The notes under the pieces were generated by a model. The model saw only the letters and a list, made by a program, of their open reading frames with translations. It was not told the origin of the DNA and did no database searches. A stretch of 64,000 nucleotides of DNA from an uncultured Gemmatimonadales bacterium (lineage in GTDB: Bacteria; Gemmatimonadota; Gemmatimonadetes; Longimicrobiales; RSA9), in NCBI GenBank assembly GCA_963708135.1, contig OY970192.1:5216001-5280000 (forward strand), read 5' to 3'. Of this stretch, positions 48,357-59,249 are shown in pieces. Numbering within the stretch: the stretch's first letter is position 1; each line of letters starts with the position of its first letter. Made by a program: the position numbers and the translations under genes.

Positions 48357-49904
48357 CTACGGTCGCGCCCGCTCGGCGCCGAGCGTGGCATCGACCTCGC
48401 GGCCCAGGCGCACCACGATTCCGGGAATCGCGTCCACATCCGCCGGGCCCGTGTGGAAGTTCACGATGCAGGCGCGCAGCAGGTAGCGGCCGCGGACGAC
48501 GGCGTTGGAGACGAACGCCTCGCCCGAGTCCTGGATCCGCTGCAGCAGCGCCTGGTTGAGCTCGTTCAGGTAGGTCTCGACCTCTTCCGCGCCGAGGCGC
48601 GCCCGCAGGTCGGGCGGCACGTAGCGGAAGGTCGAGATGCTCAGCGCCAGTGTGGCCGGCTCCAGGTCCGGGTGCGCCGCGACCGCCGCGTGCAGCCGCG
48701 CGGCCAGCCGGATGTCGTCGCCGATCATGCGGATGTAGCCCTGCCGGCCCACCTGCCGCAGCGCGAGCCACACCTTGAGCGCCCGGAACCCCCTCGAGTT
48801 CTGCGGCCCGAGATCCACGTAGTTGGTGGCCTCCACGCCGAAATGGTAGTACGGCGGATGGTAGGAGAAGGCGGCGCGCAGCCGCTCCGGGTCGCGCACC
48901 AGCGTGCACCCCGCCTCGATCGGCGCATACAGCCACTTGTGCGGGTCCACCGCCACCGAGTCGGCCAGCCGGAGCACCTCGAGCCCCGGCGCGGCGCCCG
49001 GAACCGCCGCGGCCAGGCCGCCGTAGGCGCCGTCCACGTGGAACCAGATGCCCCGCTCCCGGCACAGCGCCGCGATCTCCTCGAGCGGGTCCACGGCTCC
49101 CGTGCTCACGGAGCCCGCCGTGCCGACCACCATCATCGGGCGGGCGCCGGCGTCCACGTCCCGCGCGACGGCGGCGCGCAACGCGCCCACGTCCATGCGC
49201 AGCTCGTCGTCCGTCGGGATCCAGCGGACCGCGTCCGTGCCCAGCCCGGCAAGGTCCGCCGCCTTCTGGATCCACGTGTGCGTCTCCGCCGAGGCGTAGA
49301 GCCGCAGCGGCGCGGCGCCCGGGGCGCTCACGCCCTCCGTCCGGACCCGCGTGTCCGCGGCCGCCCGCGCGGCGAACGCCGCCACGAGGTTGGCCATGTT
49401 GCCGCCGCTCACCAGCAGCCCGCCGCACGGCGTGCCATAGCCGATCAGCTCGGCGATCCAGCGCACCGTCTGCGCCTCGATCTCCGTCGCCATCGGCGAG
49501 AGCGTCCACGCGCCGACGTTGGCGTTCACCCCCGCGGCCAGCAGGTCTCCCAGCATCCCGATCGGCGCCGGGGAGGACGTGATGTAGCCGAAGAAGCGCG
49601 GATGCCCGTTGAACAGCGAATGGTCGAACAGCAGCTCCGCCGCCGCGACGAGCAGCCCCTCCGCATCGGCTCCCGTCTCCGGCAAGGGTGCCGCCTCCCC
49701 TCCCAGCAGCGCCCGCACCACGTCCGGGTGCTCCGCCGGCGTGACGGGCCGCCGCGGCACCGAGGCAAGCAGCTCCGCCAGCCGGTCCACCAGCGCGTGC
49801 CCTGCCCGCCGGAACGCCTCCGGCGACATCGCCAGCGGCGCCTCCCGCCCCGCCCCGCCATCCCCCACCCTCTCCTGCTCCGGCCGCTCGATCCCCATCT
49901 CCAT
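48357..49904 (-). CDS. Group II PLP-dependent decarboxylase (aromatic amino acid decarboxylase-like)
   Basis: HPRFFGYI, SGGNMAN, HVDGAYGG, DPHKWL, SRGFRALKVW. Confidence 0.9.
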   Translation of the reverse strand: MEMGIERPEQERVGDGGAGREAPLAMSPEAFRRAGHALVDRLAELLASVPRRPVTPAEHPDVVRALLGGEAAPLPETGADAEGLLVAAAELLFDHSLFNGHPRFFGYITSSPAPIGMLGDLLAAGVNANVGAWTLSPMATEIEAQTVRWIAELIGYGTPCGGLLVSGGNMANLVAAFAARAAADTRVRTEGVSAPGAAPLRLYASAETHTWIQKAADLAGLGTDAVRWIPTDDELRMDVGALRAAVARDVDAGARPMMVVGTAGSVSTGAVDPLEEIAALCRERGIWFHVDGAYGGLAAAVPGAAPGLEVLRLADSVAVDPHKWLYAPIEAGCTLVRDPERLRAAFSYHPPYYHFGVEATNYVDLGPQNSRGFRALKVWLALRQVGRQGYIRMIGDDIRLAARLHAAVAAHPDLEPATLALSISTFRYVPPDLRARLGAEEVETYLNELNQALLQRIQDSGEAFVSNAVVRGRYLLRACIVNFHTGPADVDAIPGIVVRLGREVDATLGAERARP

Positions 49905-49934
49905 CTACGCCCCCCCCTTTTTCGTGCCCGTGCC

Positions 49935-50034
49935 CTTTCCCTTCCCCTCACCCCCTCACCCTCACCCTCACCCTCACTCCCACCCTCTCCCCAACCCCAA
50001 TCCCCACCCTACCCTCACCCTCACCCTCACCCTC
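49935..50034. repeat. Degenerate (CCCTCA)n intergenic tract
   Basis: Same hexamer as at 37381-37460 and 38258-38327. Confidence 0.85.
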
Positions 50035-50872
50035 TAAGGCCGTCGAAGAGATCCGTCTCCGTCTCCCGCCCGCCGTTCACCGTGCTGAACACGCGGTAGA
50101 AGCTCTGCTCCCCCCAGAGCGCCTGGTGGTGCTCCTCCGTCAGCTCGCCCAGCCGCTGGTACATCGCCATCTGCGTCTCGTGGCACTGCACCGCCCGCCA
50201 CACCCGCTGCCACTGCGCGCGCGCGTCCACCCGCGTCGTGATGGACCATCCCGGCCACGGCGCCGCCTGCCGCTCCTCGCCGTCCACCCGGCTGACCAGC
50301 TTCTTGAACGCCTGCTGATAAGTCGCCCAGGGCTCCGCGCCCCACGCGATGTAGTAGAGCTTCGAGACCGCGTGGGGCGGGTGCGCCTCCAATGCCGCGG
50401 CGCCGCCGTCGCCATCGACCCCTGCCGCCCCGTCTTGGGGCGCCGCCGCCGCCACGATCGCGGCGGCCGCGAGCTGCGAGATGGCGATGTGGTCCGGGTG
50501 CCCGTAGGCGCCGAACGGGTCGAACGTCACCACCACCTGCGGCCGCAGCCGCCGGATGTGCGCCGCGATGCGCGGCACGATCTCCGCCGGATCCACCCGG
50601 TCGAGCGCGCCATCCATGTAGCCGAGCGGATGGACCTCGCGGACGCCCAGCACCCTCGCCGCGCGGCGCAGCTCCGCCTCGCGCACCCGCCCCACCTCCG
50701 CATCGTCCGGCCGGTCGCTGTTGTCGAAGAACCGGCCTCGCTGGCCCAGGGTGGCCGTCACCACAGAGGTTTCCACACCCTCCGCCGCGTAGCGTGCCAG
50801 GATCCCGCCGATCCCCAGCGACTCGTCGTCGGGATGGGCGAGGATCGCCATCAGGCGCAGAGGCGCGGTCAC
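50027..50872 (-). CDS. PIG-L family deacetylase (MshB/BshB-like)
   Basis: AHPDDE, R.AEL..A...LG, YGHPDH, HETQ; start uncertain. Confidence 0.9.
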   Translation of the reverse strand: MTAPLRLMAILAHPDDESLGIGGILARYAAEGVETSVVTATLGQRGRFFDNSDRPDDAEVGRVREAELRRAARVLGVREVHPLGYMDGALDRVDPAEIVPRIAAHIRRLRPQVVVTFDPFGAYGHPDHIAISQLAAAAIVAAAAPQDGAAGVDGDGGAAALEAHPPHAVSKLYYIAWGAEPWATYQQAFKKLVSRVDGEERQAAPWPGWSITTRVDARAQWQRVWRAVQCHETQMAMYQRLGELTEEHHQALWGEQSFYRVFSTVNGGRETETDLFDGLRG

Positions 50873-51140
50873 GCGACGGGCCTGCGCCGCAGCTCGCGCG
50901 AGACACCGCAAACCGTTCGCGGGGCTGCCGCCATTGAACCGCTCCATCTTGGGTGTTGGAAGGGAAGCCGCGTCGCTTCGAAAGGGGATCCACTGAAGGA
51001 TGCATAACCCGCCGCCGCGGAACAACACCGGGGGCGACCTTCGCGCTCCGACGGCCCGCCGCCTGCCAGCGCTCCGTTCCGCCTCCACTGCCCCTCCCCG
51101 CCCGAGGGGCGCCCGGCACGTGACCGAAGGCCGCGCCCGT

Positions 51141-52589
51141 TCACCCCGCCGCGACGCGCGCCCGCTCCGCCAGCTCCAGCTCCTCGAGGCTGCGCCCCGA
51201 TGTCTCCCGGAACAGGGCCGCCGTGAGCACGAACGCGACGACGCCCGAGCCGGCGAAGATCTCGAACACCGCGCCCGCGCCCGCCGCGAGCAGCACGGGG
51301 AAGAGCAGCGAGACGAGGAAGTTCGCGCTCCAGTTCAGGAAGATCGCGCCGCCCATGACCGTGCCCCGCGCCCGCAGCGGCAGGAGCTCCGGCAGAACGA
51401 CGCCGAGCATCGGGCCCCACGAGAGCGAGAACGCGGCCTTGAAGACGGCCAGGCAGGCCACCGCCGTCACCCGTCCGGGAGTCGTCTCGAGCGCGGCGCC
51501 GTAGAAGACCAGCCCGAGCACGGCCATGCTGGCGATCATCCCCACCAGGCCGCCGAGCAGCAGCGGGCGGCGGCCCACCGGGTCCACCACCCGCGCCGCG
51601 ACGATGGTCATGATGATGGACAGCATCCCGAGCCCGACGCTGTTCATGATCGCCGCCGAGGTGCCGAAGCCCGCGGCCTTCAGGATCGTCGGCGCGTAGT
51701 AGACGATGGTGTTGATGCCGATCAGCTGCTGGAAGACCGCCAGCACGGCCGCGAAGATGAGGTTGCGCCGCAGCCAGCGCGCGGACAGCAGCTCGAGGAG
51801 CCCCATGCGGTCGGCGCGCTCGGCCGCGCGCATCTCCGCCAGCTCGCGCTCGACCTCCGCCGGCGTGCGGCTGCGGGCGAGCACCGCGCGCGCCTCGTCC
51901 TCCCGGTCGTGGACGAGCAGCCAGCGCGGGGATTCACCCTGGAACCACATTCCCGCGAACATCAGCACCGCCGGCACCACGCCCAGCCCCAGCATGAGCC
52001 GCCACGCGCCGTGGCCGGACAGCGCGTACGCCGTCAGGTACGCCACGAAGATGCCGACGGCGATCATGAGCTGGTTCAGCGACGTCAGCTCGCCCCTGAT
52101 CCGCGTGGGCGCCATCTCCGCCAGGTAGAGCGGCACCATCACGCTCGCCACCCCGACCGCGAGCCCCAGCACCAGCCGGAACCCCATCAGCACCACCGCC
52201 GTCGGCGAGAGCGCGGCGCCCAGCGCCCCGGCGGCGAACACCGCCCCGGCCGCGAGCAGCAGCCGCCGTCGCCCGAGACGGTCGCTCAGCCAGCCCGAGC
52301 CCGCCGCCCCCACCAGCGCGCCCAGCAGCAGCGAGCTGACCACCAGCCCCTGGTCGAGCGGCGTGAGGTCGAGGTCCTGCCGGATGAAGAGGATCGCGCC
52401 CGCGATGATGCCCGTGTCGTAGCCGAACAGCAGCCCGCCCAGCGCGCCGAAGAGGTAGGGCCACCAGCCACCGCGGGGAGCGCTCGTGTGGCCCGACCCC
52501 GCGCCGAGGCCGCCGCCGGACGCGCCGGGGCCCCCGCCGCCCGCGCCGCTTCTCTCCGCGCCGGCGCGCGGGCCTGGTCCCGCCCTCAC
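51141..52589 (-). CDS. Sugar porter family MFS transporter
   Basis: GGLLFGYDTG, DRLGRR, YLAEMAP..IRG, ESPRW, QQLIGIN, ETSGRSLE. Confidence 0.92.
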   Translation of the reverse strand: MRAGPGPRAGAERSGAGGGGPGASGGGLGAGSGHTSAPRGGWWPYLFGALGGLLFGYDTGIIAGAILFIRQDLDLTPLDQGLVVSSLLLGALVGAAGSGWLSDRLGRRRLLLAAGAVFAAGALGAALSPTAVVLMGFRLVLGLAVGVASVMVPLYLAEMAPTRIRGELTSLNQLMIAVGIFVAYLTAYALSGHGAWRLMLGLGVVPAVLMFAGMWFQGESPRWLLVHDREDEARAVLARSRTPAEVERELAEMRAAERADRMGLLELLSARWLRRNLIFAAVLAVFQQLIGINTIVYYAPTILKAAGFGTSAAIMNSVGLGMLSIIMTIVAARVVDPVGRRPLLLGGLVGMIASMAVLGLVFYGAALETTPGRVTAVACLAVFKAAFSLSWGPMLGVVLPELLPLRARGTVMGGAIFLNWSANFLVSLLFPVLLAAGAGAVFEIFAGSGVVAFVLTAALFRETSGRSLEELELAERARVAAG

Positions 52590-53560
52590 CGCCCCAGCCT
52601 GCTCAGCCGCAGCTCGTGGGCGCCGTCCGCGCGGGCGTACTCGTAGTACAGCCACAGCTCGTCGCCCACCGGCACGGCCTCGACGTAGCGCAGCGAGCGC
52701 GTGCCGTGAGGCGAGGTCGCCCAGGGACCATCGGGGGTCAGGCGGGTCCAGCGCTCCAGGTCGTGCGAGAGCGCCAGCCCGCAGTGCTCCTCGTAGTTCT
52801 CTTCCGCGCCGCGCGCCCCGTCGTAGAAGCCGACCCACGCGCCCCCCATGCGCACCACGCTGTTCAGCCGCGCCTGGTAGCCGTCCCAGCCCGTGCCCAC
52901 GTCCAGCACGATCCCCCGCCACTGGAAGCGACGCCCGTCCATGCCGATGGCCAGCGCGGTCGGGTGCGTCGTCACGCCCGTCGCGAAGATGTCCGCCGTC
53001 GCGTGCGCCCGCATCCGCGCCTCGCCCTCCAGCCCCGCCGCCGCCGCCACGCTCGCGAACAGGTGGATGGCCGGCCCGATCCGCAGCGCGTACGGATCCT
53101 TCACGCCCTCCGTGCCGGTCGCCGCCGCCGTCAGCACCGGAGCCGCCGTGGCGACGTCGAAGCCGTCCGGCTCCCGCGCGTGCACCACGTCGATGCGCCA
53201 GCGCTGGTCCGCCGGGTCCACGTAGCTGAGGTAGAGCAGGTAGCCGCCGGCGGGATCGGGCAGCAGACAGGAGCGCTCCATCGACGGCGTGCCCAGCTCG
53301 CCCTTCTCCACCGCCCACACATCCCGGAAGGCGACGCCGTCCCCGCTCACCGCCACCGCGCAACGCCAGCCCCGCTCCGTGGCAGGATCCCCGCGCGGCC
53401 GCCGCCGCCGGTAGGTCAGGAGGAAGCGTCCCCGCTCCGGCTCGTGCAGCACCCCCGGACAGCCCACCCACGTTCCCTCCCCCGCGCCGTCCGGCCGCAG
53501 GATGACGGTGCCCTCCTCGGGGTCGAAGCGGGGCAGCGATGCGCCGACCCGTGTCGTCAT
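52586..53560 (-). CDS. Five-bladed beta-propeller glycosidase-like protein
   Basis: GVKDPY, GLALSHDLERW, LRYVEAV..GDELWLYYE; coupled to the sugar porter. Confidence 0.6.
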   Translation of the reverse strand: MTTRVGASLPRFDPEEGTVILRPDGAGEGTWVGCPGVLHEPERGRFLLTYRRRRPRGDPATERGWRCAVAVSGDGVAFRDVWAVEKGELGTPSMERSCLLPDPAGGYLLYLSYVDPADQRWRIDVVHAREPDGFDVATAAPVLTAAATGTEGVKDPYALRIGPAIHLFASVAAAAGLEGEARMRAHATADIFATGVTTHPTALAIGMDGRRFQWRGIVLDVGTGWDGYQARLNSVVRMGGAWVGFYDGARGAEENYEEHCGLALSHDLERWTRLTPDGPWATSPHGTRSLRYVEAVPVGDELWLYYEYARADGAHELRLSRLGR

Positions 53561-53850
53561 GAGGCGCTCCAGACGTTGGAATTGTTTCGGGAAGCCGCCG
53601 GCCTTGGCCAGAGTGGGAGAGTGGGGGAGTGGGCGATGCGGCCCGCTTTCCCGCGCCCTCGCATCGGGCGCGACGCCGACGCCGGCGCGCGCGGGGGCTT
53701 CCGCCTTCTCCCGGCCGGCGCCGGGATCCGCTCTCGGGCTCGGTGCCGGCGGCGCACCGCGAAGCCGCCCCGTCCCCCACTCTCCCACTCCCCCACTCTC
53801 GCAGGGGCAAGCCCAGCCGCCCGGAATGTCCCGACAGCCGAGAGCAGCCC

Positions 53851-55290
53851 CTACGCCGACTCCACCACACGATCCCGCGCCTGCCGCAGCCGCGCCCGCA
53901 CGAGGTCCTTGCCGAGGATCGCCATGGCGTCGAAGAGCGGCACGCCGGACGTGCGGTTCATGATGGCGACGTAGACGGGACGCAGCATGTCGCGGAGCTT
54001 GACGTCGAGGTCCGCGGCCGTGTCGCGGACGGCCGTCTCGACGCTCGCGGCGTCCCAGACCTGCACGCCGTCCACCCGCTCGAGCAGCGCGTCCAGCACC
54101 CGGCCCACGGCGGCGGGCTCCTTCAGCTTGCCCGAAACCAGCAGCTCCGGGCTCGGGTCCACGAGGCCGCTGAAGAAGAAGGCCGTGAGCGGCCCCAGCT
54201 CGCTCAGCGTCTCCACCCGCTGCTGCGTCAGCGGCGCGATGGCCATGAGGTACTCCGGGTTCACCGCCCAGTCGCGCACCCGGCGCGCGTATTCGTCCCC
54301 ATCCAGGCTCTCCCGGATCCAGCGACCGTTCAGCCACGAGAGCTTGGTCTGGTCGAAGACCGGGCCGCCCAGCGAGATGCGGTCCAGGTCGAACGCCGCC
54401 ACCATCTCCTCGAGCGTGAACTTCTCCTCCCCCGACGGCATCGACCACGCCATGAGCCCGAGGTAGTTCAACAGCGCCTCGTGCAGGTAGCCCATCCGCT
54501 CGTAGAAGAGAATGCTGGTCGGGTTCTTCCGCTTGCTCAGCTTGCTCCTGTCGGGGTTGCGCAGCAGCGGCAGATGGCACAGCAGCGGCGCCTCCCACCC
54601 GAAGTAGCTGTACAACAGCAGGTGCTTCGGCGCCGACGGAATCCACTCCTCGCCCCTGAGGATGTGCGTGATCCCCATCAGGTGGTCGTCCACCACGTTC
54701 GCCAGGTGGTAGGTCGGCATGCCGTCCGTCTTCAGCAGCACCTGCATGTCCACCTGCGACCACTCGAACGTGATGTCGCCGCGCAGCAGGTCGCTCACCA
54801 CGATCTGCCCCTCGCGCGGCACCTTCATCCGGACCACGTACGGCTCACCCCCGCCGGCCCGCCGCGCCGACTCATCCGCCGGCAGCGCGACGCAGTGCCC
54901 GTCGTAGCCCAGCGGCAGGTTGGCCGCGCGCTGCTCCGCCCTGAGCGCATCCAGCCGCTCCGGTGTGCAGAAGCAGCGGAACGCATGGCCGTCCGCCAGC
55001 AGCCGGTCCACGTGCTCGCGATAGATCTGGCTCCGCTCCGATTGCCGGTACGGCCCGTGCCGCCCGCCCACGTCCGGACCCTCGTCCCAGACGAGCCCGA
55101 GCCAGTGCAGCGCGTCCAGGATCAGGGCCTCGGACTCCGGCGTGCTGCGCTCCCGGTCCGTGTCCTCGATGCGCAGGATGAACTCCCCGCCGTGGTGCTT
55201 CGCGAAGCAGTAGTTGAACAGCGCCACGTACGCCGTCCCCACGTGCGGATCCCCCGTAGGCGACGGCGCGATCCGCGTCCTCACGCCCAT
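53851..55290 (-). CDS. gltX: Glutamate--tRNA ligase
   Basis: [25 protein letters not shown]. Confidence 0.97.
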   Translation of the reverse strand: MGVRTRIAPSPTGDPHVGTAYVALFNYCFAKHHGGEFILRIEDTDRERSTPESEALILDALHWLGLVWDEGPDVGGRHGPYRQSERSQIYREHVDRLLADGHAFRCFCTPERLDALRAEQRAANLPLGYDGHCVALPADESARRAGGGEPYVVRMKVPREGQIVVSDLLRGDITFEWSQVDMQVLLKTDGMPTYHLANVVDDHLMGITHILRGEEWIPSAPKHLLLYSYFGWEAPLLCHLPLLRNPDRSKLSKRKNPTSILFYERMGYLHEALLNYLGLMAWSMPSGEEKFTLEEMVAAFDLDRISLGGPVFDQTKLSWLNGRWIRESLDGDEYARRVRDWAVNPEYLMAIAPLTQQRVETLSELGPLTAFFFSGLVDPSPELLVSGKLKEPAAVGRVLDALLERVDGVQVWDAASVETAVRDTAADLDVKLRDMLRPVYVAIMNRTSGVPLFDAMAILGKDLVRARLRQARDRVVESA

Positions 55291-55369
55291 GCGGCCCTCC
55301 CGCTCATGCCGGATCCGGTATGCCCGTTCCGGCCCCGCCGCGGCAGCCGGCGCGCCCCAGCCGCCGCGC

Positions 55370-57643
55370 TCACCCCAGCCTCCCCGCGAGCAGGTCCTTC
55401 ACCACCTCCGGGTTGGCCTTCCCGCCCGTCTTCCGCATCACCTGCCCCACGAAGAAGCCGATGAGCCCCGTCTTCCCGCCGCGGTACTCGTCCACCTTGG
55501 CCGGGTTCTCGTTCAGCACCGCCTCCACGATCGGCCACAGCGCCTCCCGGTCGCTCACCTGCGTGAGCCCCTTTCTGGCGACAATGTCCCCCGGCGACCC
55601 ACCCGACTCCGCCAGCTCCGCCAGCACCTCGCGGCCCGCGCTGCTCGACAGCGTCCCCTCCTCCACGAGCCGGACGAGCTCCCCGAGCTCCCGTGCCCCG
55701 AACGGCAGCTCGCCCGCCTCCCGCCCCCTCGCCTCCCTCGGCAGCTCGTTCACGATCCAGTTGGCCGCGCCCTCCCGGCTGGCCCCCTCGGCGACCGCGT
55801 CCTCCAGCCACTGCGCCGTCCCCGGCTCCCTCATCGCGATCTCGACGGGAGACGCCGCGCTCTCACCCGATTGCGCCTCTGGTCGTGCCGCCTCACGTCG
55901 TGCCGCCTCTGGTCGTGCCGCCTTTGGTCGTGCCGCCTCACGTCGTGCCGCCGTCCCCTCCGTTTCCTCCGTTTCCTCGGCGGCGGCACGCCGCCCCCAG
56001 GAATCCCGCAGTGTCACCGTCCGATTGAACACCGGCCGCTCCGCCGTCGAGTCCACCGGATCGCGGAAGAAGTAGCCCAGGCGCTCGAACTGGAGGCGCT
56101 CGCCCGCCTCGAGCGCCGCCGGCTCGATGCGCGCATCCGCCAGGACCTCGAGCGACTCCGGGTTCAGCCACTCCCGGAAATCCTCGCCGGACTCCTCCGG
56201 GTCCGGAGCCGTGAACAGCCGGTCGTAGAGCCGCACCTCGCAGCGCGCGGCGTGCGGGGCCGACACCCAGTGGATGGTGCCCTTCGTCCTCGTCTCGTCC
56301 GGCTGAACGCTGCACCTGAGCTCGACCACCCCGCCCGCCTCGTCCTTCACCACCTCGTCGCAGCGGATGACGCGCGCGTGCCGCAGCCGCACCGACGCGC
56401 CCGGCGAGAGCCGGTGCCACCCCTTCGGCGGCGTCTCCGCGAAGTCGTCGCGCTCGATCAGTAGCTCCCGCGAGAACGGCACCCGCCGCGAGCCCTCGGC
56501 CGCCACGTCGTGCGGGAAGCACGGCGCATCGAGCCAGGCGACGTCGCCTTCCTCGACGTTCGTCAGCGTCACGCGCAGCGGCCGGAGCACGCACAGCGTC
56601 CGCGGCGCGCGCGCGTTCAGGTCATCCCGGATGGCGAACTCCAGCTTGCCGATGTCCACCCGGATGTTGGTCTTGGCCACGCCCAGCATCTCGTTGAACG
56701 TGCGCAGCGCCTCCGGCGTCACCCCGCGCCGGCGCAGCCCCGCCACCGTCGGCATGCGCGGGTCGTCCCACCCGGAGACCGCGCTCTCCTTCACCAGCCG
56801 CAACAGCTTGCGCTTGCTCATCACCGTGTAGTCGACGTTCAGCCGCGCGAACTCGTACTGGTGCGGCCGCGCCTCCAGCGGGGTGTGCTCGACCACCCAG
56901 TCGTAGAGCGGCCGGTTGGTCTCGAACTCCAGCGAGCAGAGCGAGTGCGTGACCCCCTCGATCGCGTCCTCGATCGGGTGCGCGTAGTCGTAGAGCGGAT
57001 AGATCGGCCACTCCTCGCCCGTGCGGTAGTGGCTCGCGTGCCGGATGCGGTACAGGATCGGGTCGCGCAGCAGCATGTTCGGCGACGCCATGTCGATCCT
57101 GCCCCGCAGCACGTGCGCCCCGTTCGCGAACTCGCCCGCCCGCATCCGCTGGAACAGGTCCAGGCTCTCCTCGACGGAGCGGTCCCGGTACGGGCTGTCC
57201 CGCCCCGGCGCCGTCACGGTGCCGCGGTTCTCCCGGATCTCTTCCTCATCCTGTGAGTCCACGTACGCGTGTCCCGTGCGGATCAGGTGCAGCGCGAACT
57301 CGTACATCTGCGGGAAGTAATCCGAGGCGAAGAACACCCGCTCCCCCGGCTCAGCCCCAAGCCAGCGCACGTCCTCCAGGATCGCGCGCACGTACGCCAT
57401 GTCCTCGGTCTCGGGATTCGTGTCGTCGAAGCGCAGGTTGAAGACGCCGCCGTTCTCCTGCGCAATGCCCCAGTTCAGCGTGATCGCCTTCGTGTGGCCG
57501 ATGTGCAGGTAGCCGTTCGGCTCCGGCGGGAAGCGCGTCACGACCTTCGTGACCCGCCCGCTCGCCAGATCCTCGGCGACGATGGCGCGGATGAAATCGA
57601 GGCCGGCCCGCGTGCCGGCCTCCGTGGGCGTGTCCGGGGGCAT
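55370..57643 (-). CDS. glnS: Glutamine--tRNA ligase with C-terminal GatB/YqeY domain
   Basis: [31 protein letters not shown]-terminal [17 protein letters not shown]. Confidence 0.95.
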   Translation of the reverse strand: MPPDTPTEAGTRAGLDFIRAIVAEDLASGRVTKVVTRFPPEPNGYLHIGHTKAITLNWGIAQENGGVFNLRFDDTNPETEDMAYVRAILEDVRWLGAEPGERVFFASDYFPQMYEFALHLIRTGHAYVDSQDEEEIRENRGTVTAPGRDSPYRDRSVEESLDLFQRMRAGEFANGAHVLRGRIDMASPNMLLRDPILYRIRHASHYRTGEEWPIYPLYDYAHPIEDAIEGVTHSLCSLEFETNRPLYDWVVEHTPLEARPHQYEFARLNVDYTVMSKRKLLRLVKESAVSGWDDPRMPTVAGLRRRGVTPEALRTFNEMLGVAKTNIRVDIGKLEFAIRDDLNARAPRTLCVLRPLRVTLTNVEEGDVAWLDAPCFPHDVAAEGSRRVPFSRELLIERDDFAETPPKGWHRLSPGASVRLRHARVIRCDEVVKDEAGGVVELRCSVQPDETRTKGTIHWVSAPHAARCEVRLYDRLFTAPDPEESGEDFREWLNPESLEVLADARIEPAALEAGERLQFERLGYFFRDPVDSTAERPVFNRTVTLRDSWGRRAAAEETEETEGTAARREAARPKAARPEAARREAARPEAQSGESAASPVEIAMREPGTAQWLEDAVAEGASREGAANWIVNELPREARGREAGELPFGARELGELVRLVEEGTLSSSAGREVLAELAESGGSPGDIVARKGLTQVSDREALWPIVEAVLNENPAKVDEYRGGKTGLIGFFVGQVMRKTGGKANPEVVKDLLAGRLG
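55875..55952. repeat. 15-bp tandem repeat, about 5 copies, encoding the [10 protein letters not shown] linker
   Basis: GTCGTGCCGCCT core repeated every 15 nt. Confidence 0.9.
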
Positions 57644-57922
57644 GTCCGCTCGTTCGTTCTTCGGTGATCGCTCGCCCGCGCACGCGCTCGCGTGCCCGGG
57701 GTGGTGCCGGGATCGGGTCGCTCCCGGCCGGCACAGCGCCACAACATACCCCGATTCCGCGATTCCGGCACCCGCGGGCGGGCTGGCCGGGCTGGCCCCC
57801 GCAAGCTCGACAACGTGACGCGGAGGCGTCGGAGCTTTCCGGGGACTCGGAGGAGACTATCTTGTCTGGCGCCCTCTCCGGACTCGGTTCCGGTCCGCTG
57901 CCTCAAACCGCCAGGAGGCGCC

Positions 57923-58627
57923 ATGAACGTCCTCACCGGCACCAGCGGCTTCGCCTACAAGGAGTGGAAGGGCAGCTTCTACCCGGAGGACCTGAAGGGC
58001 GACGACATGCTCCGCTACTACGCGGAGCGGCTGCCCGCCGTCGAGATCAACAACACCTTCTATCGGATGCCGAAGGAGAGCGTGCTGGAGGGGTGGGCGT
58101 CGCAGGTGCCGGAGTCGTTCCGCTTCGTGCTCAAGGCCTCGCGCCAGATCACGCACATGAAGCGGCTGAAGGAGGTGGACGAGCCGGTCGAGTACCTGCT
58201 CTCGAAGGCCGCCGCGCTCGGCCGACGCCTGGGGCCGCTGCTCTTCCAGCTGCCGCCCAACCTGAAGAAGGACCTGCCCCGCCTCGAGGCGTTCCTCGGG
58301 CTCGTCCACGAGCCGTACCGCGTGGCGCTCGACTTCCGCAGCGAGACCTGGTTCGGCGACGACGTCTTCGATGCCCTGCGCGCCCACGGCGCCGCGCTCT
58401 GCATCGAGGATGGCGACGAGCTGTCCGCGCCCCGCGTCGCCACCGCGCCCTGGGGCTACCTGAGGCTGCGTCGCCCCGACTACGACACCGCCGCCCTGGA
58501 CGATTGGGCCGCCTGGGTCCGCGCCCAGGCCTGGGACGACGCCTTCGTCTTCTTCAAGCACGAGGAGGCCGGCACCGGGCCGCGGCTGGCCGCGGAATTC
58601 GCCCCGAGATTCGGCGCAGGAGGGTGA
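57923..58627 (+). CDS. DUF72 (YecE) family protein
   Basis: GTSGFAY..W...FYP, VEINNTFYR, LFQLPP, YLRLR. Confidence 0.92.
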   Translation: MNVLTGTSGFAYKEWKGSFYPEDLKGDDMLRYYAERLPAVEINNTFYRMPKESVLEGWASQVPESFRFVLKASRQITHMKRLKEVDEPVEYLLSKAAALGRRLGPLLFQLPPNLKKDLPRLEAFLGLVHEPYRVALDFRSETWFGDDVFDALRAHGAALCIEDGDELSAPRVATAPWGYLRLRRPDYDTAALDDWAAWVRAQAWDDAFVFFKHEEAGTGPRLAAEFAPRFGAGG

Positions 58628-58649
58628 CGTGCCGCTGCGAAGCGCTGGT

Positions 58650-59051
58650 TCAGGCGTACCCGGTCCGGAATCGCCAGTTCTTGTCGAAGATCATCGTCGG
58701 CGTGGATACGTCCGTGCCTAACACGCTGGGATCCTCGACGACGTAGCGCAATCCCACGCGCACGACGATCACTTGCCGCTGAGCAGTGGAGTTGACCTTG
58801 AGGTTGTAGGCGGTCACTGCGGCAGCGCAAATGGTGTCGTCCACGATCAACTCCACGTCGGCACTCGTACCGCTGTGAAGCTGTAGATCCCTTCGGATGT
58901 CATCGTACGCCGGATCGCTGATCACCCTGATTAGATAGCCGATGAGGTTCGCCGCCTTGTAGTCGTAAGGCCGACAGGCGGACTGCGCTTGGCCGGCCTG
59001 GGGCGTCAGCAGCAGGACGGCGGCCGCGAGTGTTCCGAGCAACTTGCGCAT
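58650..59051 (-). CDS. Small secreted hypothetical protein with two cysteines, lower GC
   Basis: AAAGGAAG RBS, signal peptide MRKLLGTLAAAVLLL..AQS. Confidence 0.7.
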   Translation of the reverse strand: MRKLLGTLAAAVLLLTPQAGQAQSACRPYDYKAANLIGYLIRVISDPAYDDIRRDLQLHSGTSADVELIVDDTICAAAVTAYNLKVNSTAQRQVIVVRVGLRYVVEDPSVLGTDVSTPTMIFDKNWRFRTGYA

Positions 59052-59249
59052 GGTAACGCTTCCTTTCCGTCCAGGGGGGTCAGAACCAGCCGCAGCCCCT
59101 ATGGGGGCAGAACCAGATATGTGGATTGGCGGACCGCTGGTCTTGGGGTGTACCCGGGTCGAGGCCCGAGCCCCGACCACCGACCCCCCACCCCCGAGCC
59201 TCGCATCCCGAGCTCTGGAGCCCCCGAGCCGCCGAGCCCCGAGCCATCC

